Shown here one piece after another: positions 25,019 to 33,543 of a stretch of 64,000 nucleotides of DNA. Origin of the DNA: an uncultured Chloroflexia bacterium (GTDB lineage: Bacteria; Chloroflexota; Dehalococcoidia; DSTF01; JALHUB01); assembly GCA_963726245.1 (NCBI GenBank), contig CAVSBT010000015.1, positions 192,001 to 256,000 of the forward strand, read 5' to 3'. Below the pieces are notes generated by a model, which was not told the origin of the DNA, searched no databases, and was given only the letters and a program-made list of their open reading frames with translations. The translations under genes and the position numbers were made by a program. How positions within the stretch are numbered: position 1 is the stretch's first letter; the number at the start of each line of letters is the position of its first letter.

Positions 25019-25831
25019 CTACGGCGCCTCCAGCCCGTGCTCCTCGAGGAGACGCATGTCCCGCAGGATCTCCGACGTAGGTCCGTCGGCCACCACCAGC
25101 CCGTCATCGAGGACCACCGTGCGCGGCAGGAGGTCGCGGACCAGGTGCATGTCATGGGTGGCGACCAGCATGGCCTGGGGCAGCTCTCGCAGCAGGCGGA
25201 TGAGGGCGCGGCGCGACCGCGGGTCGAGGCCGGAGGAGGGTTCGTCCAGGGCCAGTACGGCCGGCTCCATGGCCAGCACGGTGGCGATGGCCGCTCGCTT
25301 CCTCTCGCCCATGCTGAGACGGTGGGGCATTCGTGACCCGTATCCCTGCATGTGGACGGCGGCCAGGGCCTTGTCGACGCGCCGGCGGACCTCTGACTCG
25401 GCCAGGCCCATGTACAGCGGCCCGAAGGCCACGTCCTCGAAGACGGTGGGCGAGAAGAGCTGGTCGTCCGGGTTCTGAAAGACCAGGCCCACCAGGCCGC
25501 GTATGCGACCCAGGTTCTCCTGACTGACGGGTAGACCGGTGATGCGTACCTCGCCGTCGCCGCCGCGCAGGATGCCGTTGAGGTGAAGCAGGAGGGTGGA
25601 CTTGCCGGCGCCGTTGGGCCCCACCAGGGCGACCTTCTCGCCGGGCCCCACGGTGAGGTCTACCCCGCTCAGGGCCGGGAAGCCTCCTGGGTAGCTGTAT
25701 CGCAGGCCACGGACCTCCACGGCGGCCGGACGGTCCGCCGGACGCGTCATGCGGACGACGCCCGCCTGGGCCTTCGTCCGCGGCTGGTCGGCCACGGCCG
25801 CGTCTACCTTAGCCTCCGAATAGTCGAGCAT
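25019..25831 (-). CDS. cbiO: ECF Ni/Co transporter ATPase (start may be downstream of 25831)
   Basis: GPNGAGKST, VFQNPDDQLF, DEPSSGLDP. Confidence 0.9.
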   Translation of the reverse strand: MLDYSEAKVDAAVADQPRTKAQAGVVRMTRPADRPAAVEVRGLRYSYPGGFPALSGVDLTVGPGEKVALVGPNGAGKSTLLLHLNGILRGGDGEVRITGLPVSQENLGRIRGLVGLVFQNPDDQLFSPTVFEDVAFGPLYMGLAESEVRRRVDKALAAVHMQGYGSRMPHRLSMGERKRAAIATVLAMEPAVLALDEPSSGLDPRSRRALIRLLRELPQAMLVATHDMHLVRDLLPRTVVLDDGLVVADGPTSEILRDMRLLEEHGLEAP

Positions 25832-26609
25832 AGGTCTCCAGGGCGGCCAGGAGGCCGAATACTATCGCCAGCGCCGCGTAGTCGGCGCGCCGCAACGAGG
25901 TAACGGCCAGGGACTTCAGTTCGCCGTCGTAGCCGCGCGAGCGCATGGCGTCGTAGATGCGCTCGGCCCGTCCAAAGCTGCGAATGAAGAGGGAACCGGT
26001 CATGTTGCCCAGGACGCGGGCCCGCCAGCGGATGCTGCCGCCGCTGGCCTTGCCGGTGACCGCGCTGCGGCACTCGCGAGCCCGCATGAGCCGCTGCGCC
26101 TCCTCGCCGATGACGAAGACGTAGCGATACATGAACGACACGGTGGCTACGATCACGCGCGGGGCGTGCAGCCCCCGCAGAGCGCGCAGAAGGTCAGTGG
26201 CCGGTGTCGTGGCCGTTAGGACCACCGCCGCGCTCACCGAGAGCCACGACCTGACGAGGATCGTCAGCAGTGCCTCCAGGCCGGCGTCGGTGGCTGTCCA
26301 GCGCCAGGCCAGGATAGGGACCCTGAAGATGGCGTCTCCCTCGCGAGTGAAGAGGAGAGGGACGGCGGCGAGAATGAAGGGCAGGGCCAGGGCGGAACGC
26401 CGCAGCACCAGGAGCGGCGAGAGGCCGCTCAGGGCCACGCCTGCCGCCAGGAGGACGGCGAGGACGCCCAGAACCTCCCAGCGGCCCGTCGGCGTCAGCG
26501 TGGCGGCGAAGATGAAGGCCAGGGCGATGAGAAGCTTTGCCCGCGCCTCCAGGCGGTGCAGGAGGCTGCCGCCCTCCTGAAAACGCTGGTCCAGGGCGAG
26601 CAGAGACAC
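25809..26609 (-). CDS. cbiQ: ECF Ni/Co transporter T component
   Basis: LHRLEARAKL, FMYRYVFV, AMRSRGY. Confidence 0.9.
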   Translation of the reverse strand: MSLLALDQRFQEGGSLLHRLEARAKLLIALAFIFAATLTPTGRWEVLGVLAVLLAAGVALSGLSPLLVLRRSALALPFILAAVPLLFTREGDAIFRVPILAWRWTATDAGLEALLTILVRSWLSVSAAVVLTATTPATDLLRALRGLHAPRVIVATVSFMYRYVFVIGEEAQRLMRARECRSAVTGKASGGSIRWRARVLGNMTGSLFIRSFGRAERIYDAMRSRGYDGELKSLAVTSLRRADYAALAIVFGLLAALETYARLFGG

Positions 26610-26612
26610 GAG

Positions 26613-26984
26613 CTACCGCTCCCCGGGTCCGGCCTCGCCTCCCGCCGATCCCGGCGGCGCCAGCGCGGCAGGCTTGGTGTCGGCGATGGCCGTCCGCCTG
26701 GAGAGGGCTCTAAGACCGAGGCCCGCGGTGAGGACGAAGGCTGCCACCACAACCACCCCCACGGCTCCGCCGAGGATGGTGGCCGCGTCTTCGTTGCCTA
26801 CCCAGGGGAAAGCGTAGTCAGCGATGAGCTTGTAAGGCGGGTCATTCCCTTTGTCAACAAATGCCTTGTCCTCGGCCACGCGCTCCAGTCCGTCGGGGCT
26901 GGAGGACGCCAGGGGGCTGAAAAGGGTGATCGCCAGGGCGATCCCCAGACCTACCAGCAGCAGGACGAGATATCCCTTCTTCAA
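26613..26984 (-). CDS. PDGLE-domain accessory subunit (NikN-like)
   Basis: SPLASSSPDGLERVA between two TM helices. Confidence 0.85.
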   Translation of the reverse strand: MKKGYLVLLLVGLGIALAITLFSPLASSSPDGLERVAEDKAFVDKGNDPPYKLIADYAFPWVGNEDAATILGGAVGVVVVAAFVLTAGLGLRALSRRTAIADTKPAALAPPGSAGGEAGPGER

Positions 26985-27694
26985 CTCAGGCCTCCTTCCG
27001 GCGCCACCCGCCGAGGCTGCTCGACTAGGTCAGGCCGGGTGGTGAGGACGAAGGTCACGGCCGCAGCCGTGATCAGCCCCTCGCCGACGCCGATCAGGGC
27101 GTGGACGCCCATCATGGCCGGCAGGACGACGTGGAGGGGCGAGGTGCCTGAGACGGCCAGCTCGATGGACGTGGCGAAGGCCGCCAGCATGACAGTGATC
27201 CAGGAGGCGACGAAGACCCCCGTCGACAGAACCCAGCCTCGCCGGCCGTTTGTGAAGAGCGTGGCCAGGTAGTAGATGCCGTAGCCTACAAGGGCGGGGA
27301 TCACACCCATGTTGAAGACGTTGAAGCCCAGGGCAGACAGCCCGCCGTCCTGGAACATGAGCCCCTGGACGCCTATCACCGACGTCATGACGATGATGGC
27401 CGCCCAGGGCCCGACGAGAATGGCAGCCAGCGTCCCACCTAGCAGGTGGCCGGAGGTGCCGCCGGCCACGGGGAAGTTCATCATCTGGGCAGCGAATATG
27501 CAGGCCGCCGTCACTCCCATGAGGGGCACGGACTTCTCGCCCAGGCTGCGATTGGCCCTCCACACGGCCACGGCCACGAACGCCGCAGCCAGGGCATACC
27601 CCAGGCCGGCTACGGGACCGCTGAGGAAGCCGTCCGGGATGTGCATGGGCGATGGGGAGGGGAGGGTGGGAGCGGGAAGGTCTGTGTAGGCCAT
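26981..27694 (-). CDS. cbiM: ECF Ni/Co transporter S component
   Basis: MHIPDGFL (Met at 27646), AQMMNFP, GTSGHLLGG, DGGLSALG. Confidence 0.92.
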   Translation of the reverse strand: MAYTDLPAPTLPSPSPMHIPDGFLSGPVAGLGYALAAAFVAVAVWRANRSLGEKSVPLMGVTAACIFAAQMMNFPVAGGTSGHLLGGTLAAILVGPWAAIIVMTSVIGVQGLMFQDGGLSALGFNVFNMGVIPALVGYGIYYLATLFTNGRRGWVLSTGVFVASWITVMLAAFATSIELAVSGTSPLHVVLPAMMGVHALIGVGEGLITAAAVTFVLTTRPDLVEQPRRVAPEGGLS

Positions 27695-27727
27695 GCTCCT
27701 CTCCTTTCGGACACCGGTGGAGGAGGC

Positions 27728-27749
27728 TTATTGCAATTGATTGCTATAA
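27728..27749. promoter_or_regulatory. Candidate Fur-family operator upstream of cbiM
   Basis: AT-rich near-palindrome TTATTGCAAT-TG-ATTGCTATAA in a high-GC background. Confidence 0.55.
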
Positions 27750-27776
27750 CATATTACTGCAGCACCGCCAGCAGTT

Positions 27777-27844
27777 CAACAAGCAACAAGCAGCAGGCAA
27801 CAAGGGGAGGGGAGGGGCCTTGTTGCTGGTTCCTGGTTCCTTGG
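27777..27844. repeat. Heptamer tandem repeats arranged as an inverted pair
   Basis: (caacaag)n ... (ctggttc/cttgttg)n; similar arrangement at 50245-50310. Confidence 0.55.
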
Positions 27845-27850
27845 GACGGG

Positions 27851-29522
27851 TCAGGAGCCCTGAAGGTAGGAGCGGTAGTCGCTCAGGTGCAGATCGATGG
27901 TCTCCGGCAGGTGTTCCGTCACCTGCGTGAGGAGGTCCAGCGTGAGGTTCACCGCCTCGCGCGTCGTCGGCACCGAGGGGTCCCGGCGAAGGATGGTGTT
28001 CATCTCCAGGCAGGCGGCGCTCCGGAAGAGCTGGCGGAACAGGGTGAACTCCTCCCGCAGGCTGTCGGGGGTCTGCTGGCTGGAGAACAGCCTCTCCAGA
28101 ACCCGCTCATCGGCCCTCGCCGAGGGGCCATGACCGGCCTCTTGCAGCAGGCCGTTGATGAAGGCGCGCTCCTGGCTGTCATCCACGGCACGGTAGGCGT
28201 TGTAGGCCGTCTCCATGGTGCCCATGGGCGTGCGGCCCGCCAGCAGGTCGGCGACGAACTGGGCCTCGCTCAGACGGCGGAGGACGCGGTCGTCATCGGC
28301 GTCGCGACGGAGGAGGAAGACGCTGGTGAGGCGGAGAGGCGTCAGCGGGTTTGCGTAGACCCGCTCCTCGCCGAAGACGCGGCTAATGTCGAGCATGGCG
28401 CGGGCGTTGTCGAAGGCCATTAGACGGGCCAGTTCGTGGGCCATCTCCTCATGCGACACGTGCAGGCTGCCATCCAGCTCATTGACCGCGCGACTGAGGA
28501 GCAGTCGCCGGCGGTCCATGAACTCGGCGGTCACGTTGGGGCAGTTCTCCAGCTTCGACTGCATGAGGGCGCCGAGTGCGGCCGGGAAGCTCTCCACGAT
28601 GTTGCTGCGGAGGTAGAACCGCCGCTCAGAGATGTAGGCGTAGGCGGCAGGCGGCGCCTCGAAGTCTATCTCCTCGCCGGCAACGCTGCGCCGTCCGTTG
28701 TCGACTGCGAGGGTGTCCAGAGTGGTGCCCGCGGGGGCGCCGTTGGCGGCCAGCCAGGGGAGCACGCGATAGCCGCGCACCACGGAGCCGTCGGGGCTGC
28801 GGAGGCTCACCGGCGACACGCGCGTCCCATCGCGAAGGGCGACGGCGTAGCGCACGTACACCCAATCGTCGGAGTGGAAGGCGGCGCCCGGAAGACGCAT
28901 CAGACCGTAGGAGGCCGTCGACTTGCCGGTGCCCGTGGGGGCAATGAATAGAATGCCTTGGCCACCGGTGTCCACGGCAGCGCCGTGAATCGAGTGGATG
29001 CCGAACTCGTCGGCCAGGATCCGCCCCACGGCGCCCAGGACCCAGCTCTTGAGCTGGCCGTAGTAGGACGTGTTGAAGAAGACGATAGTGCTCTTCTCGC
29101 GGCTATAGTAGGCGGCCACGTCCTCAGGCACGTGGCCCAGGGCATAGACCATGACGGCGGGCTCGTCCGGGGCCGGCTTCCCTGCCACCCGCTGCCACTC
29201 GTCGGTGGCGAACCAGTTGTCGGTCCAGAAGTCGTATAGGTGCGAGAGGTTGGTGACGGCGCGGACGCGGACGCCGTGGATGACCACGTCGTGGACGCGG
29301 ACATCTTTGGCCTGGGCGGCGGCGTAGGCCTCGGCGCGTCCGATGAGAGCGTCGCGACTGGGCCGGGTCCCTGTCGAGCGCTTTGTCGTGTATGGAGGTG
29401 CGGCTCTTGGTGCGGGTGACGACGTTGCTGACGCCAATGGGCGCCCCGCCCCATTCGAGACTGTCGGGTACTGGCGGCGGCGGCCAGTCGTAGCCCGGAT
29501 CCTTCACCTGCTCGGCGACCAT
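27851..29522 (-). CDS. Uncharacterised P-loop protein of HPr-kinase/PEPCK-like type (frameshift near 29360)
   Basis: IHGAAV, APTGTGKST Walker A, SDDW; N-terminus MVAEQVKDPGYDW in another frame after an RBS. Confidence 0.7.
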
Positions 29523-29745
29523 GCTCTGCTCTTCCTGGCGGGGCCTTGTGTGCAACGGGTGGCCGCACTAGTGACTACATCTATCGTCAGCATAGTTGTT
29601 GTCGATGCCGCCTGTCAAGCCCCCTGGCGCGCAGTTTTATGGATCTGGGCGGTCTTGGGGGAAGTTGGGTCGTGGGAGCAGACCGTGATGCGCGCCACCA
29701 TGGGCACTGTTGCCGTAAGCCTGCGTGTCGTGGGCGTCTGCACGT

Positions 29746-29773
29746 TAAACAATGGGGGCGCTCCGGTCGATTA
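29746..29773 (+). promoter_or_regulatory. sigma28 (FliA/WhiG)-like promoter for the GGDEF gene
   Basis: TAAA-N16-GTCGATTA versus consensus TAAA-N15/16-GCCGATAA. Confidence 0.5.
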
Positions 29774-29807
29774 TGTATTGGGCAGGCCCATTTGGGAGAA
29801 AGCTCAC

Positions 29808-30677
29808 GTGCCGCTAGGTAATCCCCGGCGCCCGGATGCGCGTAGCCGCTGGCGGGCAGCCCTGGACAAGGACGACACCCGCGCAGGGCAAGGTACGCCT
29901 GTGCGGGGCAACCACGCTCAGATCGTGGCCCCATCTTCCGGACCTCCTGCGAAGGGCCTCTTGACCTTAGAAAGGGTTCTGGCCTTCGGTGTCTTGGCCT
30001 GGACGCTGGGCATCATACTCGCCATCTTCAACCAGGCGGACCAGCTCTCCCGGACTTCGGTCATCGGCGTTCTCCTGCTTCTGGGGCTCCTGGCCTTTAT
30101 CGCGGCGCTGGTGCTGATTGTGCCGCGGGTGCGGCCGGCAACGACCGAGCATGTCCTTGTGGAGGCCGCGGTCTGCGACCCGTTGACCGGCCTACCCAAC
30201 GAACGCTACCTTCTGCTGCGCCTTGAAGAAGAGATGGCACGGGCGCATCGAGATGAACGCCCGCTTGCCCTGGCAGTTATCGATATCAATGGCCTGGCGG
30301 TGATAAACGAGCAGCACGGTCGGGACTCCGGCGACGAGGTGCTCCGCCACGTAGCCAGAGTGTTGGAGTCGACCAAGCGAGCGTCTGACATCGTCGCCCG
30401 CCTGGGCGATGACGAGTTCGCTGTCATCCTCTCCGAATGCACGAACGAAGGAGCCCAGGCCTTTGTGCACCGGCTGACGGAGCGCCTGGCGAAGGAGCCC
30501 GCGGGCGCGCTCATCGAGGGCCGTCCTTCTCACATCTGGGTTGGAGTCTGCGCCGGGCTGGCCGACATGTGGCCGGATCAGGAGGCGCCGGCGAATTTCC
30601 TCGACCGTGCCCGAGCTGCTCTTGCCGACGACCGTGAAGAGCGCGAGCATCGACGTCACCTGTGGCGGACGGCGTAG
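29808..30677 (+). CDS. Membrane-anchored GGDEF-domain protein (GDDEF variant with RxxD I-site)
   Basis: Two TM helices, DPLTGLPN, GDEVL, RASDIVARLGDDEF; GTG start after gggagaaag. Confidence 0.88.
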   Translation: MPLGNPRRPDARSRWRAALDKDDTRAGQGTPVRGNHAQIVAPSSGPPAKGLLTLERVLAFGVLAWTLGIILAIFNQADQLSRTSVIGVLLLLGLLAFIAALVLIVPRVRPATTEHVLVEAAVCDPLTGLPNERYLLLRLEEEMARAHRDERPLALAVIDINGLAVINEQHGRDSGDEVLRHVARVLESTKRASDIVARLGDDEFAVILSECTNEGAQAFVHRLTERLAKEPAGALIEGRPSHIWVGVCAGLADMWPDQEAPANFLDRARAALADDREEREHRRHLWRTA

Positions 30678-30713
30678 CTGACACACATCCCATCCCCTTA
30701 GCACCTCAGGACT

Positions 30714-31247
30714 TCAACTTGCGGCGGCCTTTGTGCGCTCTCGTTCCCTGGTGACGGGATACTGCGCCCTCGCGCGCTGCACGACCCGGCCGATGCCTAC
30801 GAGCAGCGCTAGCGTTGCCTGGGCCTCTCGATCACCCCGGGACCGCGCGGCGGATCGCTCTTGGCCGGGGAACGCTGCCAGTCGCCCGAGAACCTCGCGG
30901 TGGGCGGCGCGTACCGAACGGCGGGCCTGCGGGTGCCGCGGCGCCCAGGCCCAGAGGTCCACTAGCAGGGCGCTCGTAACGTGACGCCGCGCGACGTCCG
31001 CGGCGGCGCGCGCTGGCAGACTCATCTCGCGCCGCAGCTCCTCCAGAGCCGCCTCCTGGAACACGGCCTCCTTGCTCGGGAAGTGATGATAGAAGCCGCC
31101 CTTTGAGACACCGGCCGCCCGGCAGATGTCGTCGACCGTCACAAAGCCAAAGCCCCGCAAGAGGAAGAGCGCCTTAGCAGCTTTGAGTAGCCTGGCGCGA
31201 GTCTGGCTGCCCCGCGAGGCCGGAACGAGGTGGCGGCGAACGTCCAT
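30714..31247 (-). CDS. TetR/AcrR family regulator
   Basis: TRARLLKAA...TVDDICRAAGVSKGGFYHHFPSKE HTH. Confidence 0.88.
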   Translation of the reverse strand: MDVRRHLVPASRGSQTRARLLKAAKALFLLRGFGFVTVDDICRAAGVSKGGFYHHFPSKEAVFQEAALEELRREMSLPARAAADVARRHVTSALLVDLWAWAPRHPQARRSVRAAHREVLGRLAAFPGQERSAARSRGDREAQATLALLVGIGRVVQRARAQYPVTRERERTKAAAS

Positions 31248-31393
31248 CACAGGATGTATCGTCGAAAAGCGGCGTGATCTGAAGCTGCGCACGTAGCACG
31301 GGGCGCCTGACGACGGGCCGGGAACGTTGCCTGAGGTTCTGGTTAGGGTAGCTTCAAACCTAGGGAAAACCCGCACTTAGCCGCGCAGAAGCC

Positions 31394-31446
31394 TTGACAA
31401 GCGAGACATAAGGGCCATAATACATACCGACGAGTCGGTATGTATT
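31394..31446 (+). promoter_or_regulatory. sigma70-type promoter overlapped by a perfect 28-bp TetR-type operator
   Basis: TTGACA(31394)-N16-CATAAT(31416); aatacataccgac-ga-gtcggtatgtatt at 31419-31446. Confidence 0.8.
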
Positions 31447-31512
31447 GGTGAGACGGACGGTAACGTAGGAAACCAAAGCACTAAGGGAACGGTTCAACCC
31501 GGAGGAGAAACG

Positions 31513-31611
31513 GTGAAAAAGAGACTGGGCCTTGCTCTCGTGGCCCTGGTTGCGTTGGTCATTGTGGCCGCGCAGCAGGCCCCGGTTCTGCTTTGGCGAG
31601 CGTGGGGTTAG
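31513..31611 (+). CDS. Unannotated 32-aa hydrophobic peptide MKKRLGLALVALVALVIVAAQQAPVLLWRAWG
   Basis: GGAGGAG RBS, GTG start, TAG stop, dedicated promoter upstream and terminator downstream; basic N-terminus and hydrophobic core. Confidence 0.75.
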   Translation: MKKRLGLALVALVALVIVAAQQAPVLLWRAWG

Positions 31612-31794
31612 CCCGTCGGCTAAGCAGGGCCGCATAGTCCTGAAGACTGGCTAATAGCGCCCCTGTCGACGCTGGTCCTGGCTAGCGTTGACAGGGCCTA
31701 GCCTACCGACTCATCAGGCCGCAAGCCACGCTAGCTCGGCGGGCGGGGCCGAGGTAGCGCGGTGTTGAGGCGACTGAACCTTCTGTCTCGCTGA

Positions 31795-31828
31795 GGAAAC
31801 GCCTCTGCCCACAGGGGCGTTTTCCTTT
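31795..31828 (+). terminator. Intrinsic terminator closing the peptide transcript, possibly bidirectional
   Basis: aaacgcctctg-ccca-caggggcgttt followed by tccttt; the G-U pair favours the plus strand. Confidence 0.7.
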
Positions 31829-31836
31829 GGCCCTGC

Positions 31837-33321
31837 TCACGCTGCCCGCCGCCTCTCCCCAGCCATGGCCTTCTCCTTGGACTCCCGCTGCACCCACTCG
31901 TCGTAGGCCTCCAGAAACGCCTCCACCACCTGGGGGTCGAACTGGGCGCCGCTATGCTTCACGATCTCGTCGTGAGCGGCCTCCCAGGGCAGGGCGCGCC
32001 GGTAGGGCCGGTCCGAGGTCATGGCGTCGAACGTGTCCGCCACGGCGAATATGCGGGCCCCAAGCGGTATGTCCTCGCCGGCCAGCGCGCGGGGGTATCC
32101 CTTGCCGTCGAAGCGCTCGTGGTGGCTGAGGACGACCTCGGCGGGGCCGCTCAGGAAGTGCACCCCCTTCAGCATCTCGTGCGCGATGGCGGGGTGGCGC
32201 CGCATCTCGTCCCACTCCTCGGGGGTGAGGGGCCCCGGCTTGTGAAGGATGAAGTCGGAGACGCCGATCTTGCCCACGTCATGGAGAAGGGCGGCCCGCT
32301 TCAGGTCCTCCCAGGCGAGTGTGTCCGGCTGGAACCCCACGCGGCGGGCGATGTCCATGGTGTACTCCATGACGCGGGTGGAGTGGCCCTTGGTCTCCCG
32401 GTCCCGGGCGTCCAGGGCGGTGACTAGCGCCTCCAGCGTGCCGTCATAGGTGTTTTTCAGCGTCTCCGTCATCTCCAGGATCTCGCGGTTAGCCTTCTCG
32501 AGATCCTCGTTCTTGCGCCGGAGGGCTACCACCGTCTCGGTAGTCCGTCCAACGTACTGCTTGATGGACAGTTGCATCATGATGGGCGGCGCCGCGAAGA
32601 CCAGGAGGCCGGTGACGCCGAGGGCGCGGTAGGCCATAGCCAGGGCCAGCCCGAGTAGGCCGAAGACCACGTAATGAGGCAAGATCCAGCGGTCCTTCTC
32701 CAGCCAGACGTCGAGCAGCGGGCGGCCGGTGGTCAGGCTCACGACCTGGTCCACCAAGTAGACGTTCACCCCGTAGGCCACGCCGGCCGCCACGAGGGCC
32801 GCTGGCAGCATGATGGGTCGTAGATCATCGCGTCCGCTGCCCGCCATGGCCTCGAAGGTGACGGCGGCGAGCGTGATAGCGATAGTGAGGTTCCCGACAT
32901 CAAAGGGCAGTCGGATGCTGAAGAAGTTGCGAGGTATGTGCCAGGCCACAATCGCGGTGGGCACGGCTATGACCACCCCGGCTGGGCCGTAGAGGACAGC
33001 CGCCGCGAAGGCAGGTATGAAGCTTACTGATAGGCGGGACTCGCCGTAGATGGGGACGGCAAGGCGGTCTGCAAGAATCGCCAAAAGGGTGAGGAGGGCC
33101 AACCCCGGGGCGTCGGAGGGGTCGAAGTGTGGGGCGTACCAGGCGATGAGCCCCACGCCGGCGGCGCTGACGGCGCCTATGTAGAGGCGGGCCGGCCAGC
33201 TCAGCGGCGGCTGGTCACGCTGCTGCTCAGCCTGCGCGTTGGCGGCCTTGCGGCGCAGAGGACGGGGCTCGGACCCCACTCCCTTGGCGCCCATAGCCCC
33301 AGGCCCTTTATCCAAGCCCAT
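31837..33321 (-). CDS. HD-GYP c-di-GMP phosphodiesterase with multi-pass (about 6-7 TM) membrane sensor domain
   Basis: Hydrophobic N-terminal half, coiled coil, TKGHSTRV, LLHDVGKI, HHERFDGKGYP, ADTFDAMTSDRPYR. Confidence 0.93.
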   Translation of the reverse strand: MGLDKGPGAMGAKGVGSEPRPLRRKAANAQAEQQRDQPPLSWPARLYIGAVSAAGVGLIAWYAPHFDPSDAPGLALLTLLAILADRLAVPIYGESRLSVSFIPAFAAAVLYGPAGVVIAVPTAIVAWHIPRNFFSIRLPFDVGNLTIAITLAAVTFEAMAGSGRDDLRPIMLPAALVAAGVAYGVNVYLVDQVVSLTTGRPLLDVWLEKDRWILPHYVVFGLLGLALAMAYRALGVTGLLVFAAPPIMMQLSIKQYVGRTTETVVALRRKNEDLEKANREILEMTETLKNTYDGTLEALVTALDARDRETKGHSTRVMEYTMDIARRVGFQPDTLAWEDLKRAALLHDVGKIGVSDFILHKPGPLTPEEWDEMRRHPAIAHEMLKGVHFLSGPAEVVLSHHERFDGKGYPRALAGEDIPLGARIFAVADTFDAMTSDRPYRRALPWEAAHDEIVKHSGAQFDPQVVEAFLEAYDEWVQRESKEKAMAGERRRAA

Positions 33322-33422
33322 AGGGTATGCGCCTAATTCCCTAGCGCCCGGGTCGGGCGGTCGTCCTGGTCACCGGAAGCGACGCCCATCTCGGGACATC
33401 GCTGCCGAGGGTGTCCTAGTAA

Positions 33423-33449
33423 TTATCGGTAGGGTACCCGCTTCATGTA
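33423..33449 (-). promoter_or_regulatory. sigma28-like promoter for the HD-GYP gene
   Basis: Minus-strand TACA-N15-ACCGATAA. Confidence 0.55.
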
Positions 33450-33543
33450 GGGCGCAACGGCGTCTGGGCCGCGACTCTGACGGCAGGATCGGGGCCCTTG
33501 TGCCGGGATTCTTCTCGAACGATGGCTCACAGGAGGCTGAGGC

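Noticed and set aside
29343-29807. Long N-terminal extension of the GGDEF ORF
   Set aside because: It overlaps the divergent gene; the RBS and candidate promoter support a start at 29808.
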